A stretch of DNA of 64,000 nucleotides, taken from NCBI GenBank assembly GCA_907165135.1, contig OU015566.1, positions 12,896,001 to 12,960,000 on the forward strand, in the 5' to 3' direction. This DNA is from Oikopleura dioica (lineage: Eukaryota > Animalia > Chordata). Made by a program: the position numbers and the translations under genes. Positions 49,337-61,180 of this stretch are shown one piece after another. The notes under the pieces were generated by a model that was not told the origin of the DNA, searched no databases, and worked only from the letters and a program-made list of their open reading frames with translations. Within the stretch, counting starts at the first letter, position 1; every line of letters starts with the position of its first letter.

Positions 49337-52300
49337 TCAGTAGGGGCGCCTGTTGCCCTGATCCATCGATCTTCGACCGTCTCGGTCATTGTACGATCCT
49401 TGGTCGAAGCGTTCTTGTTCCCGATGTCTATCATTCGAGTAGTTGTCATTCGATTTCCTTGGCTGATACAAGTCTCGTTCACCATCGCGTCTTCCGTTTC
49501 CTGGTTTTCGGGTGCTAAAAATACCGTTAGTTCTCCTTGATTTCCATGATAGCAATAAGCAAAGTAAAATATAACCCCGTAAAGGTCTTTTTAAAAAGCT
49601 GAATAACTCCAGAACCATTTGAGAAAGAGCTCACTATGGGAGATAGTCAACAACTTTACTGTGTCTTATCTTACTTCGAACTGTGACTCGGACTGTTCGG
49701 GTTATCTGAAAATTTGAATCTGTACCGCGTGCTATCAGAGGCCAGACCGCCACCAGAGCGGCCACCACCACCGTAGCGGTCACGATCGCCACGTGGTCGG
49801 TGATCCTGTGGATGGTCCATCTGATTCGAGCCTGTGCGGTAGGAGTAAGGGTCGTCCATTGCCGCGCCTCCACGGGCAGGTCCACGGGCGGAGCCACGGT
49901 TATTGAAGCCACGGTCATTGCGATGATGCATGCCACTGCTGACCATATTTCCATATGGAGGCATGTGACTATGAGGACTTTCGATAAGGATAGTTGACAA
50001 ATTCATCATGTAAAAATAATGAAAATAATCAATATTTGCATGAAATGTCGCAATCCATTCCTTGGTTGATCATCCCTGTAGTTGCCTCTCTGACCTTGCT
50101 GATTTTGCTTCGATCTTCCAGATGAAACTAAACTCGGCGACTCTTTTCCTCTGTAATAATCATCATTTGGCACAGGACTGGACCCATCTGAGCCCCGTCG
50201 CGAGCGCGCCGTCGAACGAGAATTCAAGGACTCTCTATCATCATCATACATGAGTCGATCGTCGTAATTTCTATCGTGGCGGTACGAGTTGTTGTCATTT
50301 TTGCGTCCATTCTTTCTGTTGTGCTCCCATCGGCCGCCTGAAGATACTCCGGAGCCAGTTCTTGAGTGGCCAGTGTTGTATCCTTGGCTTTCGGAATTTG
50401 ATTGATTATTTCGAGCAGTGTCTCCTTTCGGTCCTTGTTCAGACTTTCGATTTCTCTCTCCAGGAGTGTTCTAAATAAATTATCATAAATATTTATTCAC
50501 TATCGAAGAACTTTATATATGAAGAACATTTTATATAGGTTTTGATATAGAAATATCCCGATCAGACTTCGGTTTAAAAACCTTTACACCAAGAGGCTGA
50601 AGTGCATTTGAAATGAGTCTGCTCTTGAAATTGATTCTTTTGCTAGGACTTGGATTAGCATTTGGCGACTTAGAAGCGTTTGGCATCGAGGAGTGGTCGT
50701 CAGAGCGCTCGTGGGTCGAGTTGTCTGACTGACTGCTTCGGTTTGGTCGACTATTGCTCGGGCCTGGATTCGATGTGATTGCATCCATTGGGTTGACGTT
50801 GACTGAATAAGTGTTACTGACTGAAAAATGAAGATGTCTAGTACTTGAGTTAGTTCGGACTCTTCGACCATTGTCATTATCGTTGTACTTTCTCGACTCT
50901 CTGGAAGGCATGAGACTGTCCGACTTTCGACCACCTTTCTTTCTCGAGTTACTTTCTGGATAATCATTGTATCCACGATCATACTCGTTATTCGAGTCAT
51001 CATCAGCGTCGATATCGCCATTGTCCCTGCTTCTCACATCATCGTCATCATCCTCATCGGTTTCGCTGCCAGCATCTTCGCTTGAGTAGTCCTGGAGCAT
51101 CGTGTTCTCTGGCGCATTGTGGTGGTAAGGAGCATTATTGTATGCGTTGTGCATTGGAGGCTCATAAAGTGGCATTTGACCAGGAACATTGATGCTGTTG
51201 TGTGAGTTAACCACGTGACGGGAATCGCCATTCGCAGGAATTTTAGGCTCCGAGTTCTTTGTTCTGATAACTTGTCGATTATTGTTCGAGACAGCAACGG
51301 TAAGCGGGCCATAACCACCGGTTTTCTGACTTGCTTCATCAGCGGAATCATCAGAGGGATCAGTACCTCCTTGCGAACCTTGGTGTGGCTTGGCTGGAAC
51401 TTGTTTCACAACAACGACTGGTTGGACTGGTTCCGGCGCTGGTGGCGGCGGTGGAGGCTGAAGTCGAGGCACTTGGTGCTTCCAGTGGCGCATTACCCAG
51501 TTTCGATATGCGTAGACTTCATCTGTGATGAGAATTATTCGTCCAAGGATCGATTGATTACAGTCATGCGGGTAATGAAGCGCTTGTGGGCTCACACCTC
51601 GGTCAAGCAGGCGGTAGGCAAAGAGAAAGGCGTCTTTAACGTTCTCAGCGCCATGAGAAGCCCGGCCGACATCATTCGAAGGCGTTAGAGGATCTTCGAT
51701 GGAAAGAAAGTTTGGAACGTATTTTGGACCAGAGGGAGCTTCTTTCATCTGAGCCGCCATTTCTTCCTTCTTGATGAACTGACCGCCATTCTTGACGCGA
51801 ATGCAGCATTTGCTGTACTCAAACTCCATTCCGTAGAAGCGCAAGAACTTGATGAGCAGCACTCCTAGATTTACTTCGTCAGCTGTGTCGTCTGCGCCCT
51901 GTTGCTGGAGAAACGAAACGACCATCAGAATCAAGCCGTAAGAAGAGATGCCACCTGTCCAGACTTCATTCATATCTCGCTGCAACAGGAACTGCTTCAA
52001 GACAAGAACGAGGTATCGAAGAGCGGGGAATTGTCTGATGTAGCCCTTGACAAGGCCGATAGCGGTGACACCAGTCTTCATGTTGAAAGAAATGTCGACC
52101 TTGATGTCCGTGATCATATCTCGCATTTTGATAATTGGCACGGCCGCGCTGTCGATAACCTTTATATTGTATCGCTCGGCAATGCCTTGTTTCAGGAGCC
52201 GGTCCTGTAGCCTGTAGTGAGGACTGTTCTGTGGGTTCCCGTAGCGCTGGTCGATCTTTTCGCCAAGAACGACCATGTCGATGTCCGAAGTAGGCAGGTA

Positions 52301-53101
52301 CAATCCTGTCTGAAACGAGCCAAAGACTTCCACCTGTGCTCCCGGGAATTCCTGCTTAATCGCCTCTTCCACCCGGAGTACCACGTCGTGCCGCATCGTG
52401 TACTCTTCCGGCGTCGATCTGATCCAGTTGTGAAAGTCGATTATTTCTTCGTGGAGTCCTTGCATCCCCTGGCTTAGCGGCGAAGTGATCCAGGGGGCGT
52501 GATTTCGGGAACGATAAACCTTGTATTTTAGAAAATCGATGCTCTCGACTGAAGCTGGATTTTCAGCGCGTATCAAGGCGATCGGACTCATTTCTTCAAT
52601 TCCCTTCACCTGCATCAGCACACTGAGCTTTTCCTTTTTCATTTCTTCTGGTATAGGCGGGTCGTAGCGTGGAGGAGGAGGACGTTTTTGCTGAGCAGCT
52701 GTTTGCATTAGCGCTTGTTGAAGTTGAAAGGGAGTAGGAGGGATTGCACCATTCATCAAGTTGAATCGGATCCTGAAAATAATGGATTGATGAGCCTGGA
52801 AATATCCTTACTGTTCGGCTTCGTTCTCTGCTTGCTCCTTATCGAGTGACTCGGCGAAGTTTTGATATAGGTCCGAGGCAGGACCCATCTGCTCGGGCAT
52901 GAGCCACGAGATTTTTCCCGACATCGTGTTGTTTTCCGATTTCTATTATCTGAATCAAAGAGACCATAAGAAGAAAGCCTGTCTTGGCGGTTGGGACTCA
53001 GCAGAAGCTGATGCAACTTGTGATGGCAAATGAAATTAACCCTCAAGATAGCTTACTGTCAGCTTCGGCTGGCACAGGGTGAGACAACTTGGATCAACCA
53101 T
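49337..53101 (-). CDS. TENT4: Terminal nucleotidyltransferase TENT4/PAPD5 (Trf4-like) with a long low-complexity C-terminus
   Basis: ORF 50531-52759: GLHEEIIDF, VEVFGSFQTGLYLPTSDIDMV, AAVPIIKM, KVDISFN, LVLVLKQFLLQRDMNEVWTGGISSY, LSIEDPLTPSNDVGRAS. Spliceable R/D/S/G-rich exons continue to 49337. The 5' start is uncertain (53101 or 52759). Confidence 0.9.
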
Positions 53102-53107
53102 ATGATG

Positions 53108-55189
53108 TCATAAAAACGTTAAGAAATTGAAGTGAAATGTATTGAAGTAAATTGGGCAGTGAATGTAACTGAAACACAGGGAGAAAAGAAAGCCGTGAAA
53201 AGAATTATTTACTTGAGGAAAATGAGCAAATCATTTTGCTCCTTCTCTTGTAAAATCGTCGTGAACTCGTTGATCTTTTCGATGATTTCGTCGCTCGAAA
53301 CATCTTTTGAATTTTTCTCTAAGCGCTCGACAATAGCGTTGTAGGAATTGTGAAGCTCAAGCTAAAGAAGAAGATGACTCAGGTCAAGACTGATTTAATC
53401 AGAATGAGTCTTGTTTACATACGTCTAAGAAGAAGCAGTCTCGCAGACAGCTATGCAGCATTTTCTCGAACGCTTGCATAATTGCTTCCAGATCTTTAAC
53501 TTCTAGCGACTGTTGGAATAGCTTCCAGTTTGTTTGCAACTTCAGGGCTTGGTGACAGACCATTCCGGATACCCATCGTTTGATTACGAAGAGCTTCGGT
53601 TCAGCAGGAAGGTCCAGGCCCATGGATGTGAAGATGACGTTCAAACGGCCATGAAATTGATAGATGATGTTACATTTGTGCGTGTGGCCTTCTGTGAAAA
53701 GAAACTAGAAAAGATTTTAGGAAGGGAAAATGGACAAAAAAACCTTCAATCGAGGATCGATAACTGGCGAAATAAGGAGCTTCGAAAGTTGATTTTTCGA
53801 TTTGAATGGATAAGGACTTGCGCCGTTCTCAAGCGGAGTAATATGCGACTTCGACACTTTGATGTTAAAAAGGTCTTCGTAATTGTCAACGCCACATTTC
53901 CAGCAACTCAGGTTCCACGCTCTTTTGTAAGGATTCCAGGCGTTAACATCAGTCAAGTGCTGAGCGAGAAAGTCAGAGAAACATGTGAATAAGTCGCCTC
54001 TGTTCATCAGATAGACGTTTCGGATGTTCTCGAAGTGCTTTGTCAGCATTTGATTTTCCTGGCAAATGTTCCACAAGAAGCTGGAAATGAGCTTGAAGAC
54101 TTTTTCTGTTACTTCGTCCAGGCGATTCCAGTCCAGTCGCTCGATTTCAACGTTGGTCAGGTCCCAGTTTAGCTGCCCCTCGCCGATGATCAACTCTTCG
54201 CACAGCTCGAAAATGTCAGAGTCGAGTTTTCTAGTTGTGTAGTCGTCTTCACCTTCTTCTTCCTTTCCCGAATTCATGGTCATTTCTTGAAATTTTCTTT
54301 ATTTTTTTAAACTAGTTCGAAAAGGTCACCTTGGTTCTTGATCATTTTTCTCCAATTTCCAGCAGCTACGATTCGATTTGCAGCACAAGAAGAGACACAA
54401 TTCGGCACTCGATTGTAAGCTAAATCTGCGCTAGAAATGAACGCATCTGTGCTCTCCTCCTCGCGTTCTTCCAGAATAAATCCTTCTGCAACAGATCCTA
54501 TCAGAAAGAAGGTGATTAGATGGTTAAACGGATCAATCTTGCCTTCTCGATACCAAGAAACCAAGTCCTCGAAAAACCTTCGCTCAAGAACAAAAAGAAT
54601 ACTTTGTAGAATTTGTCGCAATACGCTACTCGCTAGAAAATAGTTGATTCTAGCTCCTTCTGGGCATCCTTACCTGATGCTTTCAGGACAAAGTAATTCT
54701 CCAAAATATCAATCACTGCCGCACCCTTTTTCCTTCCTTCTTCGAGCTCATTTATGAGCTGCACGCATGTTTCAAGAACATTTGACCATCTCCCGTACTG
54801 CGCGAAAATATGGCCCAAGGTAATCTGCCCGCCTTGGAGAAATTCCTCTTCGATTTCGTTGACGAAGCCGTCATAAGTTTCTTGAATTGAGTACTCCAAC
54901 GCTGATTTCGCTATATCTTCGTATGATTGAAAACTTCCTGAAGAAAAGAAAGGTTGATAAGGGGAGATAAAGATTGATTTTTAAATTTACCTGTGGATGA
55001 AGACGTGAATTGGTAAATCTTCGCTCTTAGGTTTCCTAGCTCTAGAATTTTGTTCAGAAGGTCGATTTCTCCTCCCGCGAAAAGGATACTCGGCTCTTTT
55101 CGGCTGAACCGACTGAAGTTCCCATTTTCGTCTTGTGTGAAAATATGTCCGGGAATTCCTTTCAACGCCAAGCACAAGTCCTGTATCAT
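53108..55189 (-). CDS. TUBGCP4: Gamma-tubulin complex component 4
   Basis: MIQDLCLALKGIPGHIF...EIDLLNKILELG matches GCP4 MIHELLLALSGYPGSIF...ETSVLNRLCRLG. Later IRNVYLMNRGDLF and LEAIMQAFEKMLHSCLRDCFF are typical of the GRIP2 domain. Confidence 0.8.
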
Positions 55190-55235
55190 TCTGAAAGCAA
55201 GATAGGATTTATAGCGGAAATTGAATAATCTTTGA

Positions 55236-56878
55236 TTAGCGATATTTTCCAAAATAGTGTTGATCCATTTGAGAAGCTGCACCGTGCTCGGTTTGACTCC
55301 AAAAGATCGGCTGGCCCATGGTGTGGTTCCAGCGCGTTTTATCGGTCCGCAAACCCATCATATTCTTGGCGAACATCTCTCGACGCGTGAAAAAGTTTTC
55401 ATTCGCCATTTCTATTTTTCGCTCTTCTTCATAAATTTCTGTAATAAGGGTCAAAAACTAGATAAAACGTCTTATTTTGAGATTTCTTTGCGGTTTGAAA
55501 ACTGACCAGAAATCTTAATAATCGAAAAACATGGAAATAGATTTGTTTCGAAGATTGAAGAGTGCATCAGCAACGCCGGCAAACAACACACTCTTCAAAC
55601 AAAATCTATTTTTGGCAATCTTTGACCCTAAATTTTAAGATTTTCCCTACTCATCGGGATCATACTATCCTTTACAAGCGGAAATCTCGCTAATTTCTTA
55701 TTCTCCGGCCCTTCCACCGCATCAATCGCATCCTGCAGCCCCTGGTAGACGTGGAAAAACTCGACTTCATCATCGCAATCGATTTCCAAAATCACCGTGC
55801 GCGCTACAAAATTGTCAAAGCAAGCTGTTTTAATGTCAAAAGTTGCCAACTTGGCAGTTTCAAAAACCCGGTTTGAGACTTCATTGGATATTGTTAAAAA
55901 GTGCATAATAAAACCTAATTGAATTTGATCAAAGAAGAGGAAAGCGTGATTCAGAAAGGCAGAGGTGTTAATTATTTATTGACCCTTTGGGACTCCCCAA
56001 TTGGGTTTGACAAAAGCTTTACCTTTGGTTCAGCTTTTTTTGAAATAAGGGCCGACGAATCTTTAGAGACGTAATTCGAAATTATAATCAATTTCTGAAT
56101 ACAATTTCGTTTAATTAAAATGTATTTTCAATTAACTATGGCTTTATTTTACGCTTGAGAGATTTGCTTCATCAGATCTGTAATTCACAAACTGGGAAGA
56201 TACTTTTTTATTATTTTTTTATCGAGAATAATTTTTAATGATCTTGATTCTTCAGAACAACAGAAAATATCACGCCATTTCGAAAAAGTCATAAATTCTT
56301 TCCTCTTTCGCGCACAAGAGAAAACAACAAGGACCCTCTCTTTTGCTTTTAATTTTTTTTACCTCTTACAGGTGTACACCAATAGTGAATTTTTCCCTTG
56401 CCGCCACCTGCCGTCGCGCACTCGACGTGCTTCGTCACCGGGTACCATGGATCGGGAATGCGGAAATACGCGTGCATGCCCATTTCTTTCGCCTTTGTCG
56501 TCGGCAAGTTGAGAAAGCGATTGAGCGCCAGTTCCATCGCCTTCATGTACTGGTGGTGCAAGCGAAGTCCTTGAGTGGCGACGATGCCGAACTTTCCTTT
56601 CATTTCGGCGAAGTCGTCCAGAGCCGCGCCTCGTTGGAGATAGTCGGCTCGTTGTTTTGAAAAGGCGGTTACGCGCATGTTGTGATTTTCTCCTGTAGCT
56701 CGGATATTTGCCGCTTTTTCCTTGAAAAAATGAGTCAAACTATTTTTTTCTTTGAAAGAACCTGTCTATCGAATCTAGGAATAACTTTGGGCGTGATATC
56801 ATTCGGCCCATATCGATATTTTCCCGCTGCAGAAATCGATGTCTGTAGCGATCTCCGAGAGATCCCGGCCCCGATCAT
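55236..56878 (-). CDS. MRPL16: Mitochondrial ribosomal protein L16 (uL16m)
   Basis: Arg/Ser-rich presequence MIGAGISRRSLQTS; GKFGIVATQGLRLHHQYMKAMELALNR...FRIPDPWYPVTK...GGGKGKIHYWCTPVRARTVILEI; ENFFTRREMFAKNMMGLR. Confidence 0.82.
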
Positions 56879-57299
56879 TTGCTACAAAAGTGATAATTTG
56901 AATATTTTTGTTTCTAGAATGAAAAAAGATGACAGATGCAAAAGAAGAACTTGAACTAGTAAAAATGGAGGCTACTGCTCCGGTTATTGGAGAATCGGAT
57001 GTTTCTATTTCAGTTTCAGGAAAAGATGAGACCATTTTTGTGAAGATTTTTTTAAGAAAAAGGGTTGAATAATTATCTTTGTGAAGAAAAATTAGTGGAA
57101 GAAAACAACAATCTCCTCGAAAAACTGCCGAAAAAGCCTGTCCCAGAAAAGCCTTCTCAAGAACAACCTCGTCCTCTGGATTATCTAAAAGCTTCTGTAA
57201 TTTTCTTCACTGTAAATATCTTTCTCATTCTTCTCGGCAGTAAAATATCTAATTGCGGCTGGTCTTTCAAATAGAATAAAGTTGTATCATTAAACTTTC

Positions 57300-57480
57300 G
57301 CTCGATTATGGTTTCTTTTTTTTCTCACGCAAAATTCGTGGGCCAATTCTGTGGTGGCGCTTTCCCCGAATCGACCAATCAGCGCGCGCGGAGAATTGGG
57401 ATGGGAGCTCACGGTCTTGGCATGGCATTGATTTTCACGCCCCAGTGGGTTTTTCCTGTTTGAAGTTTGCCGCCTTCGTA
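57300..57480. promoter_or_regulatory. Candidate bidirectional promoter between the minus-strand cluster and PFDN6
   Basis: Lies at the divergence point. Contains a GC-rich patch, two CCAAT boxes at 57343 and 57375, and TTTGAA at 57459. Confidence 0.4.
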
Positions 57481-57877
57481 AATTAGTTTTATGATGTCAT
57501 GCCTTGCAGATGAACTTTTTGACACTTGCAGAAGCGTAATCACAGATTTTTTTTCAATGAAATTTTTATTAAAATCGGTTCATACACAGTTTTAGCAGTC
57601 TCGACAGTCGATAATACCTTCTCTCTGATTTTAAATAAATTTGGTTTCTTTTTTTGCTTCATTTTATTGTTTTTTTTTCATTTTTCGAGGCATTTCTCAA
57701 AGCAAATCCCTGGGTCGCCAAGCAACGAACTGAAAAAATAATTCTCTAGATCTTTTGTTGCTTTTCTTTACGTTTTTCTCCTACGCACTTTTGTCTTGAA
57801 TTTATTTATGCGATAGTGAGCATTCCATTTTTTTGTTTCTAAAAGAGGGATCTTTTTCAGAGAGGAAAAGATAGAAA

Positions 57878-58419
57878 ATGTCAGTCGATATCCAGCACAT
57901 TCTTTCGAACGTCCAGACAGGTCTTCAAGATCAAGCAGAGAAGGTGAAAGAAGCAACAAAGAATCGAGATAATTCGGCGCAGAATATCGCCAAATTGGAA
58001 GCTCAGTTGAGCGAGACCAAAGTTGTCATGGACGAACTCGGTAGGTTCATTTTCAAGAGGAGTCCTCGTTGATTTCAATCCATTTTTCAGAGCATGTCCC
58101 AGAGGGTCGAAATATTTACAAGTTGCTTGGCCCGTGCCTGGTTCTTCAAGACAAAGAAATTGCAATGCAGACGATTAAGAATCGCCACAGTCATATGACC
58201 TCAGAATTGAAAAAGTAAGATCGCCAATTTTTAGCCTCTCTTTATCAAAAATTCCTTCAGAACTGAAGAAAACACGAAGAAATTTAGCGAGCAGATCATC
58301 AAGGAACAAGCTGCTCTCAAGTAAGAACCCGCTTTCTCTCTTTTTTTTCCAGCCCGTTTTCTAGTGATTTGGCAGAAAAAGCCGAGCAAATCAGACGAGC
58401 CATCACTCAGCAAACCTAG
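57878..58419 (+). CDS. PFDN6: Prefoldin subunit 6
   Basis: KLEAQLSETKVVMDEL...IYKLLGPCLVLQD matches PFDN6 KLEAQLTENNIVKEEL...VFKLLGPVLVKQE. Short introns; ends AEQIRRAITQQT*. Confidence 0.85.
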
Positions 58420-58572
58420 ACAAAAACAAAGAAAAGTACAGTTTCCTCATTAGTACCAATAGTCACTCATTGAATCCATGTATGCACGAATTTTTTAATG
58501 TATTATCGGTAACCTGCCTGTAATAAAATCCATATACACACGCTTTTAACAGATATATTTAATTCTAACAGT

Positions 58573-60669
58573 CTACTGGAGATAGAAGCCAACGGTCTCG
58601 TAATTGTTCAGAAAGCCGGGGGTGTTTGCTTTTGAGTTCTTTCCACAGCGAAGGAGCGACATTGAGTTCAGTTCTAAAAGAGGATTGAGGATTGGGAGAA
58701 GAGTGAAAAGAGTCTTACGAGTAGCAGCGGACATTCTGTGATCATCCATCTTTTCTGGGCCGCATTTCGTAGCGGGCAAGCCTGAAATTTTTAAACAAGA
58801 AGCAGAAAATGGCCGTACCTTGGTCGTGACAGTCGAATTCATCAGTACCCTGGAGCCTGATTCTCTGATCCTCAGTGAAACCGATTGGATGTCCAAAAGT
58901 GTCGCTGTAGTAGAGGAAGTAGTTTCTCGCGGATCGGGCGTAAGAGACGTCGAAGTATTTGTAGTGGACTTGGAGGAAGAGATCTTGGGGTGTCACGAAG
59001 ATTCCCTAAAGAAAACTTCAATAGGGGTGGATGAAAGAGGTCTTACCAAAGTTTCATTGGCAGTTTTATGCTTGCAGCCGATAAATAACTCAGACGTTTC
59101 TGGATGCGATTTGAGATAGTCCATCAGTCGATGACCTGATTCTTCAGCCATGACGCCGAAGTACTTAGCAAAACCATTTTCCATTAGGGTCTCCTGGGTC
59201 ATGTTTCGGTGGATCACATTTCCTAAATTCATTTTTCTTCTCACTGTGATAACAAGCTAACTTACTGTCAAGGTTTGAAAATGTAGGGAAAATTGCTCGG
59301 TCACTTATCATTGGAAGGGTGTCGCAAGTGTACTGTCTGATTGATTTTAAATTTTAAAGTTGAAGTTCTAGTTTTTACCGTTCAGCCTTGCAGGGGCAGT
59401 CGGTGTTAATGCAATCTTCGTACTCGTTGATCTTTTCGTCCATGCAAGTCAAGTTCGTGTAGGGACACACTTGGACGTTGTTGTCCATGTGACATCGTTG
59501 TACGCACTGAATCGAAATGTTTACAGAAAATTCATGCGTGGAAGGGATTTTTCTGCATGAAAAAATAAAGCTGGCGGAAAATAGGCTGGTCCACTTGAGG
59601 AAGAAGTATTTAGGGTGCTGTCTCAATAATTTTTCAAAAAGATAATGTCATAGACAGAAATATAAAATGACTCAAGTATGTACCTACCTAGCTTAATCTT
59701 CTTTGCGCCTGCGTATTAGCTTGCTAAGAAAGAGGCAGTTAGACCCTAATCAGTTTTAATTCAGACTGATGGATTCTGCGAAAGGACAACAAGTTCCATA
59801 TTTTTTGCTGTACTCACTTGTGTTATATGATATAACTTATATATTATATAAGAGAAATATGCTTGAATTATTAATGCCCTTTATAAAATGAATTCGAAAT
59901 CTCATACGCAACCCCGTTTTAAAGGACATTAATTCAATATGATTCTGTTTTCGAAAATCATACACAATACGGCATGTCCGCATTATCATTACTCTAATAA
60001 AACATTACCGCTCTCTGTTCAATACTGTGAAGTTCCTCGCAACTCGTACACTGAAAGTTCTCACAGGGACATCCTCTGTAGCAGTTGATATTGCACGGAC
60101 ACTCTGTAAGCATTGTTATTCGTTGCATGTTAGAAGTGTGTGTATTACGTACCGTTTTCACAGCGCACTTTTTTAGTGGCACATTCTCGCTTGCAAGAGT
60201 TGTCTCTGTTGCACTGGCGGCGGCAGCGGTAGTATTCTTGGAAGCAGTCACTTTCGCATTGAATTCCTGAGAAAGAAATTAAGGATCGACATCAATGTTC
60301 TGCTTTCAGATTGACATTTTTACTAAAATTAACAAAGTGACACCCTTATTCTTTTCCATTAAAAAACCCCACTCGAAAAGCAAATAAACAAGGTGTACCC
60401 CCTTATTTTCTTTTTCTTAGAACTTCACGTTACATAAATGATCTCAAGGACATGAAAAATTAAGCATTCGATTTTGAATTTCTTTGCATCCGCCTTCTCA
60501 TGATTCTCAAATTACCTTGGTCCACATCGTCCTCGCTGCATTTCGGGTTAAAAGTCGGGCTGAGCCGCAATTTCGCTTCCAAAGCACTTTGTCGGGCAAA
60601 AGAAGTCTGTGGATTTCTTCTGGCAGCTTCTACCTGCAGCGAGGCAAGAGCAAAAACAAGCAGCTTCAT
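58573..60669 (-). CDS. Secreted Cys-rich repeat protein of unknown function
   Basis: Signal peptide MKLLVFALASLQVEA; exons IQCESDCFQEYYRCRRQCNRDNSCKRECATKKVRCEN|ECPCNINCYRGCPCENFQC and QCVQRC...CMDEKINEYEDCINTDCPC. Linkage of the 58573-59244 exons is less sure. Confidence 0.6.
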
Positions 60670-60770
60670 CTCTTTATGAAAAAAGGAGGGCTTTTATTTA
60701 GGCTAGCTTACGGTAATTCAGCAAATACCGAATTCAGAGCTTGTGTGTTTATTTGTTCTTGTTCAGAATA

Positions 60771-61180
60771 GCGATTCTCAGTATTGACCTTGTACGTTCG
60801 TCTGTACCTGCTCGAATGAAAGACTTTTAGCTACAGTTATTCGAGCAAATAAAGAGAGACAAAAATGAAGACGATAGATTTTTATGAAACCTTAAAATGA
60901 AGCCTTGGAACTACCATCTGGCAGTTGGAACTCGAAAATCAATAATGAAAAATTATCAATAAATGAAGATAAAAGCGAAAAAATTTAGCTGTCATTATAA
61001 AATGATTCTTTACATGAAAAAGTTTTGCAAATTATGTCGACAGTATCGTAGCGATACCCTTACTGGGCGTTTTTATTTGTTCTTGATGCTGAGAGTCTCT
61101 TCTGATTCAGAAGTTCTGAAGCAATTCTCAGTATTGACCTTCTACTTTTGTCTGTACTTGCTCGAACGAAAGACCTTTAG
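60771..61180. repeat. Imperfect ~60-bp direct repeat (60771-60830 and 61121-61180)
   Basis: gc.attctcagtattgacctt.tac..t.gtctgtac.tgctcgaa.gaaagac.tttag is present twice, 350 bp apart. Confidence 0.75.

Noticed and set aside
50584-52477. Alternative-frame and + strand ORFs overlapping TENT4
   Set aside because: They are by-products of a long coding exon with no independent features.
56900-57290. ORF-like sequence between MRPL16 and the divergent promoter
   Set aside because: No coherent gene model could be built on either strand.
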